In this document: piece by piece, positions 12,397-26,100 of the stretch | Numbering within the stretch: the stretch's first letter is position 1 | Layout: each line of letters starts with the position of its first letter | Source: Octopus vulgaris | Taxonomy: Eukaryota | NCBI GenBank assembly: GCA_951406725.2 | Contig: OX597820.1 | Span: forward strand, 93,496,001-93,560,000 | Direction: 5' to 3' | DNA length: 64,000 bases | Notes under the pieces: model-generated | What the model was told of the DNA's origin: nothing | What the model saw: the letters and a program-made list of their open reading frames with translations, nothing else | Databases searched by the model: none | Made by a program: the position numbers and the translations under genes

Positions 12397-13152
12397 AAAG
12401 TCGGTTACTTGTGAATGTACCTCAAATATATGTATATATGAATGAATGAATTAATGAATGAATGAGTGAGTGAATGAATAAATGAATGAATGAAAGAAAG
12501 CCAAGGCCATAATTGAAGACACTCGCCCAAGGTGCCAAGCAATGGGACTAAACCCAAAACCACATGGTTATGAACCAAACTTCTTAACTGTGCAGCTATG
12601 CCAGTGCTTCACACCCATTTTAATAAAATCATCCTGTTGGTCTGATATATTTAGAAGTGTGATACAACCCTGGTTCTATTTGTTTCATCAAATTCCGTGT
12701 CAAAGACAACTGGAAAATGAATTTTTTATCAAAGTGATTCATAGATTTCTTAACTTCTGATCTTGTATGTAACCATATCAAAATAGATCATTGAAACTGT
12801 ATCCAATGATTCTATGTGGCACCAGTCCCATAGGTAGAATAAAGTTGAAGGGAAATTTGGCTGCTATTTCAAACAAGTTGTACAACCACATAGCACTTGT
12901 CTTGTTGGCTGACTGAAGGTGAGTAATATACTGAGATTAACCTTACCTCATTTCCTAGAAGTGTCATTGCATCTCAATAAAAGTATATTTTAAATATGTA
13001 CATTTTAAAGGGCAGCAGATGTTGTTTCACTGTTGGTAATAACTGTTCAATAAGTCTAGCTTTGTAGCTTACCAGCCACCCAGCTGTCTGTCTGCCTGTC
13101 TATTTCCCTACCTATCCACACACACACGCACACACACATATATATATACATA

Positions 13153-13570
13153 TTTTATATATTAAAAGGCAAGTTGTCTATCTGTGTGTGTGTGTATTGT
13201 TTGAACCACTTCTACTCCTACAATTTTCAGCCAAATTTCAACAAGTGCTCCTTTGACTTAGAACATCTTTTCTTATAATTTTTTCCTCGAAATTCCACGC
13301 CCCCAACATAAATAGACTATTTTCAATTCACCTAGGATCTGAACCCACCACGTCTATGCAACAGTACGCATTTGATTTTATATATTAAAAGGCAAGTTGT
13401 CTATCTGTCTGTCTGTGTGTTGTGTGAACCACTTCTACTCCTCCAATTTTCAACCGAATTTCACCAAATTTGACATGTGTACTCTCTTTGACTTCGGACG
13501 CTTTTTCTTATAATTTTTTCCTCAAAATTGTGTGCCCTTAACATAAATAAAATACTTTCAATTCGCCTAG
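13153..13570 (+). mobile_element. Two tandem copies of a non-autonomous Helitron-like element 5' region
   Basis: ttttatatattaaaaggcaagttgtctatctg + (TG/CTGT)n + ccacttctactcc...aatttc occurs at 13153 and 13376. Related heads lie near 8160, 15236 and 48345. Class inferred from architecture. Confidence 0.55.
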
Positions 13571-13889
13571 GATTTGGCTTGAGCCAGCAAAAAAACGTGA
13601 CATACACCCAGCTGGAAAAAAATAATATTTTACTTTGTCAGCTGTGGTGAGCTCTTATTGACTGCTTGCACAGTACTGCTAGCAGTATTCATTTACAAGT
13701 TACGATTTGCCTCTGTTTTCCCATACTCTTTTACTTGTTTCAGTCAATTGACTGTGGCCCATGCTGGAACACCGCCTTTAGTCGAGCAAATCGACCCCAG
13801 GACTTATTTTTTGTAAGCCTAGTACCTATTCTATCGGCCTCTTTTGCTGAACCACTAAATCTGCTGGCTCAATGGTTTTCCCTTCAATG

Positions 13890-14344
13890 GTAGAATTAGT
13901 AGTCAAGACTATTTAAGCATTTTGTCTAATCAAATTCATCCTATGGTTGCGGAACAGTTTACAGAGAGAAACACAATTTTTCAGGATGATAATGCACCAA
14001 TTCACACAGCTAAAGTTGTTACTGAATGGCACAAGGAACATTCTAGTGAAGTTGAACATCTTATCTGGCCACCACAGCCCCCAGATCTCAATATTATTGA
14101 ACATTTATGGTGCATTTTAGAAAAACAAGTAAGGAGTCAATATCCTCCACCATCATCAATACAAGAACTGGAGTCTGTTTTAGCTGAAGAATGGACAAAA
14201 ATTCCTTTAAAACAATTCAAACTTTGTATGAGTCCATACCTCGTAGAATTCAAGCTGTAATTACTGCCAAAGGCGATCCTACCCCATATTAAAATAAATT
14301 TGTCTGAAATTTTAAGGTGTTTCCATTATTTTGTCCAACCCCTG
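13890..14344 (+). mobile_element. Tc1-family DNA transposon 3' half (transposase C-terminus + right TIR)
   Basis: FQDDNAPIH...WPPQPPDLNIIEHLW, ending in ttttgtccaacccctg followed by TA. Confidence 0.9.
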
Positions 14345-16837
14345 TATATTATGTTATAATTTGTTAATGTTGTCTCTACAGATATTCTATAGAAATTATA
14401 GTGAGTGATGTAGAAATTACCTTAACAAGTAATGTAAAGCACATTGCTGACACAGTAGGACACAATATAGACTTATGAAAACATTTAATATACTTTATGG
14501 TATATTATTGTTGCCTAACAAAATACCACATCCCTACAAGTTGTTAATACGTTTTAATTATTATTATTAATTTTGTTCATCATGTACAAGTATATGTATG
14601 TTCATCATCATTTTATTTAATTTAACAAAATAGAAGCATGCCTTTTACAATTCCAGAGTGTGTTACACATTTTTTGTGCATGACTTTTGGCTCACCCAGT
14701 ATATATAAGATATATCACTAGTTTTTGAACATAAAGTGGCAAATCAGTGTGATAAGTGTACATAACCTGTGAGGTAATTGATACAATGTGTTAGTTGACA
14801 GATCAAGAAGAGACACGTGCTGGAGGTAGGTAACTAACAAAGTCAATATGGGTTTCTAGGTGACATTAAAGTGTAAATTATCTGTAACTAAATATGAGAG
14901 TCAAGTTTACTTAACTAAATTACAAAGTATAAGTTGAATGGTTTGAGATTAGAGAATTAGATAGACAGTATTAAAAGCTTATTAGATAAGAGTTTTTAAG
15001 TATAAAATGTTTTTAGTGCGGTGTGAGCATTTTACCCCAAGTTCACTAGATTTATCAAGGACATTACTTGAACATTTTAGTATTTCTCATAAATGAGTGC
15101 TGCAAGGTCTGCACCCATACCTGTTGTTTGAATGGGATAATGCATGTTTGATTATGTTTCAGGTAATTTGGAATCCAATATTTTTGTCCTTTAATTACCA
15201 AACATTTTTATGAGTGATGTAAGCTTATATATTTATTTATATAAAAGTCTTGTTGTGTGTGTGTGTAAACTGGCATAACTTCTGAAGTTCACAACTGATT
15301 TTCTCCAAACTGAGAACATACATTACTTATGTTCCAGAGATGGTTTTAGACTCTTGAAATTTTTCACAAATAGAGTAACGGGCCATGTGGGAGCAGAAAA
15401 CACCCTTCCCTGGGTTACGTGGAGAAGGGAGGTAACTTTTTGCGAAATAACTTTCAGAAATTGATCGTCTCCTTTACATCCAACATGACTAGTCCGCTGA
15501 ACGTTTTTCATCTTTTTAAAATATCGATACTAATGCTTTTTATTGACATTTACTGTATTTTAACATGTATAAGGAACCCCCTAATTTTTGGGACTTAACA
15601 TTTGGAAAAAAGGTTTTGTAAGGGATTAGGTAAATTTTGATAAGTGCGCCCACACTTATCAGGTAATGCGTTTCATTTTTGTGTGGGGAAAGAGAGAGAG
15701 AGGGAGATACGAGAGACTAAGGATATAGTAAGACAGAAATGGCTTTCTATGAAAGAGAGGAGAGACATAAATGAAATGAAAAATATCTTAAAGATACTAA
15801 TGAGATGTTTTTCATCTCTCTCTCTCGCTCACACACACACACACACACACAAACAAATGCATAATACTGTGGAAGTGAAAACAAAGGATTTTTCTTAAAC
15901 ACACAAGATATAGTATGTAAATTAAGGACGGTTTTAAAAGATACAATATTTTCGCATGTGAATATATTTCTTTCTTACACAACATTCAAGATATAGTTAT
16001 TTAAACTGATTCTTTGTACATAGCGAAAACTGATTCTCTCAATCTCAATTAGAATTTCGGGCAGGAGGTGTGACTGTGGACAGATGTTTCTACCTCCTCA
16101 GCGCTTGTTCTCGCTGCACAACTCATCCTCTCTCTTGATTCAGATGTAATAGTTTGCTTTCTCAATTATAAAAAAATTGCACCTTTTGAAGGTACAATTT
16201 TAATAAAAACCTGAGCTCAAATAAAAAGAGAAAGTAGTTAGACATAAAGTCATTGGTCAATTAAACTTTTCCACAACCATCTTTTTTTCTATTGAAATAC
16301 ACTGCCTATGAGTTTTAATTTGTTTTGAAAAAACCACAAGAACTTGGGTGCAAGTTTTCCATTATTTAGCTGCTGGAGTACTCATATATCTCCTCTACAG
16401 TGGGACATCTGTTACTGTCTCTCCTACTTTGAGCCCCTCTCTACCTAGCACAACCAAGGAGACACAAGAAGAAATGGTGATGTTAGATCTGACTGCATAG
16501 GATTTCATAAAAACTGAGATGATGTAAGAATTTGATGCGTTGAGATATTTTACTTTTATTCTCAAGACCTTTTTCAGGGCTTCCATTGAAAGCATTAATG
16601 TGTCAGTTGATGTTGTTTTTGTCAATCATATTTCACTCTCGAGTCTTTGGTTGACATGAGACTGTGGTAGAAGACAATTGCTCAAAGTACTATGCTGTGG
16701 GACAGAACCCAAACCCATGCGGCATCAAAATAAACTTCTTAACCACATAACCATGCTTGCACTGTTATGTAAAATATGACAGTAGTTTGGATGGGTACTG
16801 CAAACCCACACAAACATGAAAATGATAATGACAATAT

Positions 16838-17072
16838 TTATTTCTTTATTGCCCACAGAGGGCTAATCATAGAGGAGACAAACAAGGACAGACAAAGGGA
16901 TTAAGTTGATTACATCGGCCCCAGTGTGTAACTGGTAGTTATTTTATCGACCCCGAAAGGATGAAAGGCAAAATCGACCTCGGTGGAATTTGAACTCAGA
17001 ACATAATTATAGATGAAATACCGCTAAGCATTTCACCTAGCGTGCTAACGATTCTGCCAGCTTCCCATCCTT
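16838..17072 (-). mobile_element. SINE family B
   Basis: Reverse complement of 43980-44215. Confidence 0.85.
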
Positions 17073-17133
17073 ATGACAATATTGACATCATTCACATAGA
17101 TTCCAGAAGGTAAAAGAGAATATTCTACAATAT

Positions 17134-17139
17134 TTTATT
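17134..17139 (-). promoter_or_regulatory. Probable polyadenylation signal (AATAAA) of ZRSR2
   Basis: tttatt on the plus strand, about 400 nt past the stop codon and just before flanking SINE sequence. Confidence 0.55.
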
Positions 17140-17532
17140 TGTAAATATACTATTTAACAGAATTGGTAAAAATCAGAATTTACAAAACTTAAGTCAGCAT
17201 CATAATAACATAGTCCTTATAAAAAAAAATGTAAATGCTTCTTAAGTCTCTAGGGGCTCATAACAGCCAGCACTCTGCTCCAGTAACATGAACATAAATA
17301 GATGACAGATTTAATATCCTTTTGCATATGGCATAACTCTATCCACAAGTCACATTCACAGCAAATTGTCTGTTACATATTCCCCCGCAGCAGCAAAGTG
17401 TATTAAGGCAATGTCAAATTGAGCCTACTTTCCCAGTAGACAATAAAACTATGAATTGGCTGTAGTGGATTTCAACAGAGTACATATGCCATGTCCATTT
17501 TGGTTCAATAAGGTAATAGCTACATTAACCAT

Positions 17533-18230
17533 TTATGATGATGAGGATGACGATGATGATGATGATGATGTTCGTCTGTGTGCTCTCTTTTTTTTGTGAG
17601 ATCGAGAGTGTGTTTTCTTATGGTTTCTGTCTTTTTTGTGTCTATGGTGATTTAATGTTTTTTCTTTTGAATGTTTGCTATCAGGAGAAAGTGAATTGAG
17701 ATGAGAATTTTCCAAAGATCTTGACCGAGAACGAGAGCGCTTTCTTGGAGGAGAACGTGATCTGGAACGCTTTCTTGGAGGAGAACGTGATCTGGAACGC
17801 TTTCTTGAAGGAGAACGTGATTTGGAGCGCTTTCTTGAAGGAGAACGTGATTTGGAGCGCTTTCTTGGAGGAGAACGTGATCTGGAGTGCTTTCTTGAAG
17901 GAGAACGTGATCTGGAGCGCTTTCTCACAGAAGAACGTCTGCTACTTCGTCGACTATAAGATGAAGAGGGACTAGAATCACGGTGCTGGCTGTGACGAGA
18001 ACGGCTGGAACTATGTCTCAAAGGTGACAGAGAATGTCGCCAAAATGACCGATGGTGTCTTGAGGAACGGTGTCTTGAATGAGATCGATAATCATCACGG
18101 TTGTTATGGTGGTGAATATTCTCCGAACGGAAATTTCTATCTGTGTGCTGAAACTCCCGGGTTGGATTTTTAAAGACATGTAGAAAATTGCAGGACTTTC
18201 CTTTGTGGCACCGATTCTCACTGTACAGAC
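17533..18230 (-). CDS. ZRSR2: ZRSR2 exon 10 coding part: zinc finger 2, RS domain, poly-Ser, stop
   Basis: tttcaag acceptor. GLYSENRCHKGKSCNFLHVFKNP is followed by RS repeats. Corresponds to track ORF 17533..18273. Confidence 0.96.
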
Positions 18231-20126
18231 CTTGAAAGAAATAAAGTTTAAAAATATAAATACATTGAAACACATCATATTTAAGCTCTAAAGTCTTTAA
18301 AATAGTAGAAATTAAGTAAAATAATATTAACTTCTTTTAACTACAAACAGCACACAGACAATGTTTTCAGAGAATGGGGTACTGCCAACTGAGCTGACCT
18401 CATTGTATTATAGGTACATATTTTATCAGCTTTAAAGAGATAAAAGGGAATGCTGTCCACACAGGGATTTAAGCACTGAATGTGACAAACTAGTAAAACT
18501 ACATCCATACAACTTCTCTGTGCACTAATCCAGGGAAAGTTGCCAGGCAAAGTCCTCAGGTCCCTTCTCCATAGGATCCTATCAGAGATGACCATCATTA
18601 TACTTTGTGGCTGGATTCCCAAGCGTGAACAACAAAGACTATGTATATTATCTAGCCACCTAGGTCATGCTGGATTATGTAGTAGTCCCAGATACACTTT
18701 AAAAGATGGGATGGATACAACTGAAATGTCTTTGATCATCACAGGTGTGTTCCAGCAGGGGTGACCAGGGGTTAAATAACATCAATATTTACCACTATAT
18801 TACTAAATGTTCAATACAAGGCCAGATATTAGAAAACAGGTGCAGTGAAGAGTACAGCTGACCCTATTTGGTCCCAGTGGGATCATAATCAGAGAAAAAA
18901 GAAGACAAAATATGTTAAGTCATTTAGTCAGTGCCCCATTGTTTCCCACAACTTCATATCACACTGGTTAAAATTCTATTAAAAGTACTTATATGTAGTG
19001 TAACCCAGCCAGTTAGAAATAGCAGCTAAATCTATTTTAAATAAAAGACAAACTGGCAGAATCATTAGGGTGTCATCCAAAATACTATGTAGTATTTATT
19101 CCACAACAACTTTCCTTCTAATTTTCTTGCAGTGGGTCCTCCTCCTCATCTTTCTTTAACATCCATGTTCCATGCTGGCATGGACTGGACTGTTTGGCAA
19201 GATCCAATGGGTTCAAATGCTGCATCAAGCTCCAGTCTTTGCTTTGGTTTGATTTCTACAGCTGGATGCCAAATCAGACTGGAGCATGGTGCAGCCCCTC
19301 AGCTTACCAGCCCTGGTCAAAACATCCAACCCATGCCAGCATGGATAATGGACACAAAATGACGATGATTTACAGGCACCGCACTCCACACTCATATCTA
19401 CTATACCCCACCCTCACACCTGCCGTATTGCGCTCTTCTCATACGTGTTGTTCATCACAAAAGATGATGAACTAATTAGAAGTTATGAACTTACCAAACT
19501 CCAATCAACTGTTCAAAGGTAATTAATCTAACAGCTGTTATCTACTAAGATAAAGTTATCTAATTTGTTATGTATTTTTTTCAGTTTCTAATCAACAACA
19601 CCACTTAACATTACCCCATTTACTTATCACCAACGAAGCCTCAATTGAACTCAATAACTTTACTGAAAAGGCCTCTGGCTACAAAATTCAACCTCAAGTC
19701 TCTACCCAACCCATGCCAGCATGGAAAAACAGATGCAAAAATGAAGGAACATGGAGTTGTTTTAATTCTTTTATCTGTTTAAGTCATTGGACTGAGACCA
19801 GCCTGGGGCACTGCTTTGAAGTGTTTAGCTGGGTGAATTGACCTCAGTTTTTGTTTTTGTTTTAAAAGTCTGGTACTAATTCTATTGGTTGCTTTTGCCA
19901 AACCACTATGTTGTGGGGATGTTAACAAACCAACACCAGTTGTTGAGCAATGGGGAGACAAACATAAAATGAGAGACACCATGCTAGTGCATCGCTTTGA
20001 AGTGTTTTTGTCACACAATTCGACCCCCAGGACTTATTTTTAACCCTAGTACTTATTCTATTGGTCTCTTTGCCAAACTGTTAAGTTACGAGGATGTAAA
20101 CACACTAAGACCAGTTGTCAAGCGAT

Positions 20127-20166
<40 letters not shown>

Positions 20167-23100
20167 TACACACATATACAAGCTTCTTTCAACACGCCCA
20201 GGCTTACCGTCCGATGTACGCCCAAAGCTACGTGTAGTGGCTTCCCTGAATAGGAACTCAGCTCTACAGGAAAGCTTCAGTCTTCGGGAAGATGGACAAA
20301 TCTGGAGATTTGTCAAGACTGCTGAAACGTGGAAGAGAGATACCAGCTGGTCTGAGTGCTCTCTACCCACAATAACTAAAAAAACTACAGCAACTCAGGG
20401 AAACTAAGCCAGAACAACCTGCCATCCTCTACACACCATCATAAACTGCGAGCAGGGTACAAATTGTTGTCCTTAAATGCTCGCAGTTTATGCAACAAAA
20501 TACATTTGTTCAACGCCTACGTCAGAAGTGTTGACCCTGACTTCATCACTGTCACGGAAACATGGGCGCATTCCTTACTCTGTGATGGGGTTTTCAACAT
20601 TACGGGGTACAACCTCTTCCGTAAGGACCGCACTAACCGCCGTGGTGGTGGTGTGATGGTCTACGTTCGTTCAAATTTTTTGGTAATTCCTTGTGCCGAT
20701 TTGAACGAATCACAAGAAGAAGTTTTTTTCTGTGACGTGCGTATGACCATGTCAACACTCCTGCTTGGCGTTGTTTATCGTCCCCCAAGTTACCATCGGG
20801 ACACACAGCTTTGCAATGTCCTCCGAGCTGCTGCCAGGAAAACAGCCACTTATGTGTTTATTGCAGGCGATTTCAATCATCCTGAGATCGATTGGGACAC
20901 CTTCCATTGGCCACAGAGTGCAAACGATTTTGTTGAGCTTGTGCTGGACTCAAACTGGTCACAAGTAGTCACCTCTCCAACAAGAGGCGACAACACCTTG
21001 GACCTGCTCTTCACCACAACTCCTGAAGCGGTTATCAATTGCACTACGGAGGAACCTCTAGGTGACTCTGATCATGCTATGATCATCGCCAATCTGGCTC
21101 TTGCGGGCAACAAAAACCTGAACCATCTCCAATCTGCTTCCTTCGATTGGAAGAGAGCAGATTGGAACCTGTACCACACTGAACTACAGCACCCAAACTG
21201 GCGTGAATTCTACAACTCTGGAGATGTGAATACTATACTCCAGAGTATCCTGGACTCAATATGGGCAGCATGTGCAGCATCAGTGCCACGTAAACAAAAA
21301 AAGAAGAACCGCCCCAAAAGGGCAATTTGGGAAACTTCAGCGGTCCGACTTGCCAGGAGGGAACGTCGGACTGCTGAACGGGAATACAGGTTGCATAAAT
21401 CAGACACCAACAGGAAGAAGCGGAATAAATCCTCCAACCATCTCAAGCAAGTGACAAAAAAAGCAGTGCTTGAATTTGAACAGTGCATAGCAGCCAATCC
21501 TGACAGCAAGGTTTTCTGGAAATATGTGCACTCAAAGCAGAGACCTCACTCTCCAGTGGGCCCTCTTCGCAACCCTCACACAAACCAGATCACTGACGAC
21601 CCCAAGGAATGCGCAGAACTCATTGCCGAGTGCTATGCAAACATATTCACTGTTGAAAGTCAAAATGTACCATCTTCACCATCACTAACAGCAAACTCCA
21701 TAACAACTATGGAATTTACACCTGCAATGCTGCGACGTCACCTTCAAAATAAGCGCAACTATGCCTCCCCTGGTCTCGATGGAGTTACATACCTGCTTCT
21801 CAAACGTGGCAGGCACTTCCTTTTACACCAGCTTTCTATTTTCTTCCAGTACTGTCTCAACAATGGTGCTACTCCGGAGCAGTGGAAAACTGCCAGTGTC
21901 ATTCCTCTGTTCAAAAGGGCGACCGCACATCACCTGTCAACTATCGCCCAGTCAGTCTCACTAGCTGTATTGCAAAACTGATGGAATCGTGTGTCAGAGA
22001 AACACTCTGGAACTTCTGGAGCTCTCACAGTCTCATCCGACCCTCACAATATGGATTTGTCCCTAACTCCAGCTGCAGTGACCAGCTTGTCGAGTTCCTT
22101 GAGGACATTACTCAGATTACTGACAGTGGCTCATGGGTGGATGTTGTCTACCTTGACTTTGCTAAGGCTTTCAACTCTGTGCCACACAAAAGGCTTATGG
22201 TGAAACTCTCTGCAATGGGTGTGGGGGATGACCTTTTTAACTGGTTGAAATCCTTCATCCTCAGCCGAAAGGAGGTAGTCACAGTTCTAGGACAGCACTC
22301 TACACCATATGAGATGTCATCGGGTGTACCACAGGGATCTGTCCTTGGCCCCCTCTTGTTTGTGGCATACATTAACGACATAGATGCCAATTTAAAGAAT
22401 GCCACAGTATTGAAATATGCAGACGACATCAAGCTGTACCTTGAAATCAAGAGGACAGATCCTGATGTCTACAACTCTTTCCTGCAATCAGACCTAGACA
22501 CAATGCAGCAATGGATCACAGACTGGCAACTGAAACTGGCTGTGGACAAGTGTACCACCATGCATTTTGGGAGAAAAAACCCTGCGTTCACATACTCCCT
22601 CCACAACACTGATATCAAGAAATCCTCTTGCGAGCGTGACCTAGGCATCACTGTCAGCAGTGATTTGCGTTGGTCAAAGCATATCTCTAAGATTGTCAGG
22701 AAGGCCGAGGGTGTCTTGGCATCACTCAGCAGGTCTTTTGTTAGCCGCTCTCCAGCCATCTATTTAAAACTGTATACAGCTATGGTACGACCACACTTGG
22801 AATTCGCATCATCAGTTTGGAACCCCTATCTTGCACAGAACATTGACCTCCTGGAATCTGTCCAGAGACGTGCAACCAAACGCATACCCTCCATCAGACA
22901 CCTACCATATTCTGAGCGCCTTGTTTCCCTGGGCATGGATTCACTGAAGCTCCGGCGTTTGGCGACGGACTTGGTAAACACCCACAAAGTTATCAACCAC
23001 CTCACCAACAACAACACTGAACACCTTTTTGATCTCCATGTGTCTAACACACGTGGACATGCCTACAAAGTCAGAAAACAATACAGCTCCCATGACTTTC

Positions 23101-26100
23101 GGAAACATTTTTTCACGCTCAGAGTTGCTGAAGCATGGAATAAACTGCCTGCGTCAGTTGTTGACTGCCATGACACTGCATCTTTTAAGGCCCTCATGCT
23201 TTCCGAAATCCGCCGAAACTTCACCTGATTATATATACACTTTAGATGAGTTGTAGTGCACCTGAGCACTGTACACAATTATTATTATTATTATTATTAT
23301 TTATTCAGGTTCCGTCAACCAAATCCACTCACAAGGCTTTAGTTGGTCTGAAGCAATAGTAGAAGACACTTGCTGAAGGTGCCACGCAGTGGGACCGAAC
23401 CCACAACCATGTGGTCGGGAAGCAAGCTTCTTGCCACACAACTGCTTCATTGCAGTTTCTACCAACCAATTCCACTTACAAGGCATTAATCAGCGCAAGA
23501 CTATATAGTAGAAGACATTATTTGCCCAAGGGGACATGCAGTTAGGTAGAATAGGAAACTATGTGCAGATGTGAAGTTCATATTTGCACAACTATACCTG
23601 AATCAATTCCCCTGCACTGAAAATGTAAAGCTTTTATATTTGATTAGAAGACAAATAACATTCTAGCTAAATTTCCATTTTTCTACATCTACTGCTAAAC
23701 CACCACCCTCTAAACCACCATTACTAAATTTTGTTAAGTATTTGATCACCTATTTCCTTCTATTTACAATATACTGAATAAAAGGCATTTATCATTTATT
23801 GAATAAAATCAATAATCTATCTAAAAATTGTTTCGTTTTAGCTTACATTGATTTTTTTCTGTATTTACATGAATGAATTGCTTTGTTGTCGATACAAATC
23901 ATTTTCACAGCTGGTGAACTTCCAACTGCAATCATTCAACCATAAACCAAGAATAAAGCCTGTTTATGTTCCCCAATCAAACAGAAATAAGGAGAGGTCA
24001 AGCGTCTTGTTCCATGGCACAATTAAAATTTGAACTTTTGACCAAGAGGTCAACAGCTGGAAAAATTAATCCCACCTGTATTATGCAACACAATGGATTA
24101 GTGAGATTATTGTAAATAAATATGAATAAAGAGCTTTTATAAGTGATTTGTATGCTATATTTAATAACTATTCATTGCTGTGTTGAGCAGAGCTATCACT
24201 CTCTCCAATCATGTAAAAAAAACAACAACCATGAAGCTAAAAAAGTAATAATGAATTTCACAAACCCAGACACATTTCCAACAATCCATAAAACTATTAC
24301 AATAAGTTCAGAACACTATATTTCCAATAGCAATGGTAAATACAGAGGAGAACAAACAGTAGCCTGTCATGTTTGAACCATGAGTTTACTTAACATGTCT
24401 GAACTTAAACTTACAAGAGGTGTGGGAGTGTATAGGTCCAAGCTGTCACATTGCAGCTCATATGGTGTAACTACTTCCTGTTGGAGTGTAAAGGAGCTGT
24501 TATTTGCATATGTTGAGCTGACTGACTATGCCATCATAGGTCTGCTTGAGAAGGACTGACCTTGGGTCACAGCAGCAACAACAACAGACACGGTGAATTG
24601 GTAGAGCCATTAGAGTATCAGAGAGCAACGCCTCATGATACTTTTTTGTAACTCTCTATGATCTGAGTTCAAATCCATTTGAATGTCAACTTTGGTTTTA
24701 ACCCTTTTTTGGGGTCAATATAAAAGAACCAATCCAGAGTGGTGGTTCAGCAGAACTGTAAGATTGTAGGTGCGGATGCCTTGTAGCATTTACTCTGGCT
24801 CATTATAGTCTGGGTTCAAATAGTGCTATGGCCTACAAGACAATCTATTGCCCATATTATCACCACCATCTGGCACCAGTGTGTCTATTGGAGTCCACTC
24901 TATTTCAAGCAAACAGGCAAAGTCTCTAGTTCGAGCATGTCTTCTTCCCTCTCATCCACTAGTCTTGGAGGCCATTCCTACTCTCCTGATTAAAGTTTAA
25001 AAAAAAAACAAGCGGTTAAGAAGCCTGCTCCCCAACCAGAGTCATGGGTTCAGTCCCACTGTATATGTGGCATCTTGGGCAGGCATCTTCTACTATAGCA
25101 CTGGCTGACCAAAGCCTTGTGAATGGATTCAGTAGACAGAACCTGGAAGAAGCCTGTTGTGCATATATGTGCATGTGTGTATAAGCATTCAATGTGTTGT
25201 GTCATTGTGTTTGTCCTCCACCACTGCTTGACTGGTTTGTTTATGTCCCCATAACTTAGCAGTTCGACAAAAGAGAAGATTGAATATCAGGCCACAGTCC
25301 AATTATTGAAACAAGTAAAAGATGAAAGATGATAACAAGTCTTGTTAATGACTCAAGTGTGAGAATTTGACACAAATAAAATAGTCAGTACCGTACTTTT
25401 TATTGTAATACCATATGTTTAACTTGGTGCCAGTCTACCAAGGAAAAGATTGAAAAAAAAAAGAAAAAAAAAGAGTAACCAAAAAGAGAAAAAAAAATCG
25501 GTGAGACAAGCCTTATGCTTTATTTTGCAAAGGTTTAATCTCATGAATAAATAGAATGACAATTCTCTGCTTACCGCAAATAGCAGCACCCCATTTCTTT
25601 ATTTCAACAAAATGGCAAGACAACTGTCGGCCACCATACCAGCGACCATTAAATTTGGTAAATGCGTTGAAAGCATCCTCTTCACTGGGAAAAAAAAAAA
25701 AAAAAAAAAATCAGAATAGATGTCAAATACAGAAAGTATGTATAGCTGTAAGAATATCATAAGACAAATGCCATTATCAAAGCCCATTTTAAGGTGACAA
25801 GCTGGAAGAATCATTAGTGTGGGGGACGAAATGCTTAGTGGTATATCACCCATTGCTACATTCTGAGTTCAAATTCTGAGGTCGACTTTGCCTTTCATTT
25901 TTTTCAAGGTCAATAAATTAAGTCCCAGTGAAATACTGGGGTTGATGTAATCAACTAGCCTCCTCCCCAAGAATTTCAGGCCTTGTACCTATAGTAGAAA
26001 GGATTATTAGAGCCCATTTTTTCCCCAAATTCTGCCAAGGTTGACTTTACCTTCCATCTGTCTGGGGTTGATAAAATAAGTACCAGTTAAGTACTGGGGG

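Larger units (their letters stand above)
20192..23303 (+). mobile_element. CR1/L2-group LINE, 5'-truncated within ORF1, with near-complete ORF2. Antisense in ZRSR2 intron 9 and inserted into a family A SINE
   Basis: The SINE is split at gcttctttca|...|ttcaggttccgtc (possible TTCA target duplication). 3' stem-loop tagtgc-acctga-gcactg and (TTA)n tail. Confidence 0.95.

Noticed and set aside
17726-17925. Regular 30-bp repeats resembling a CRISPR array
   Set aside because: No unique spacers, eukaryotic context, and they encode the ZRSR2 RS domain.
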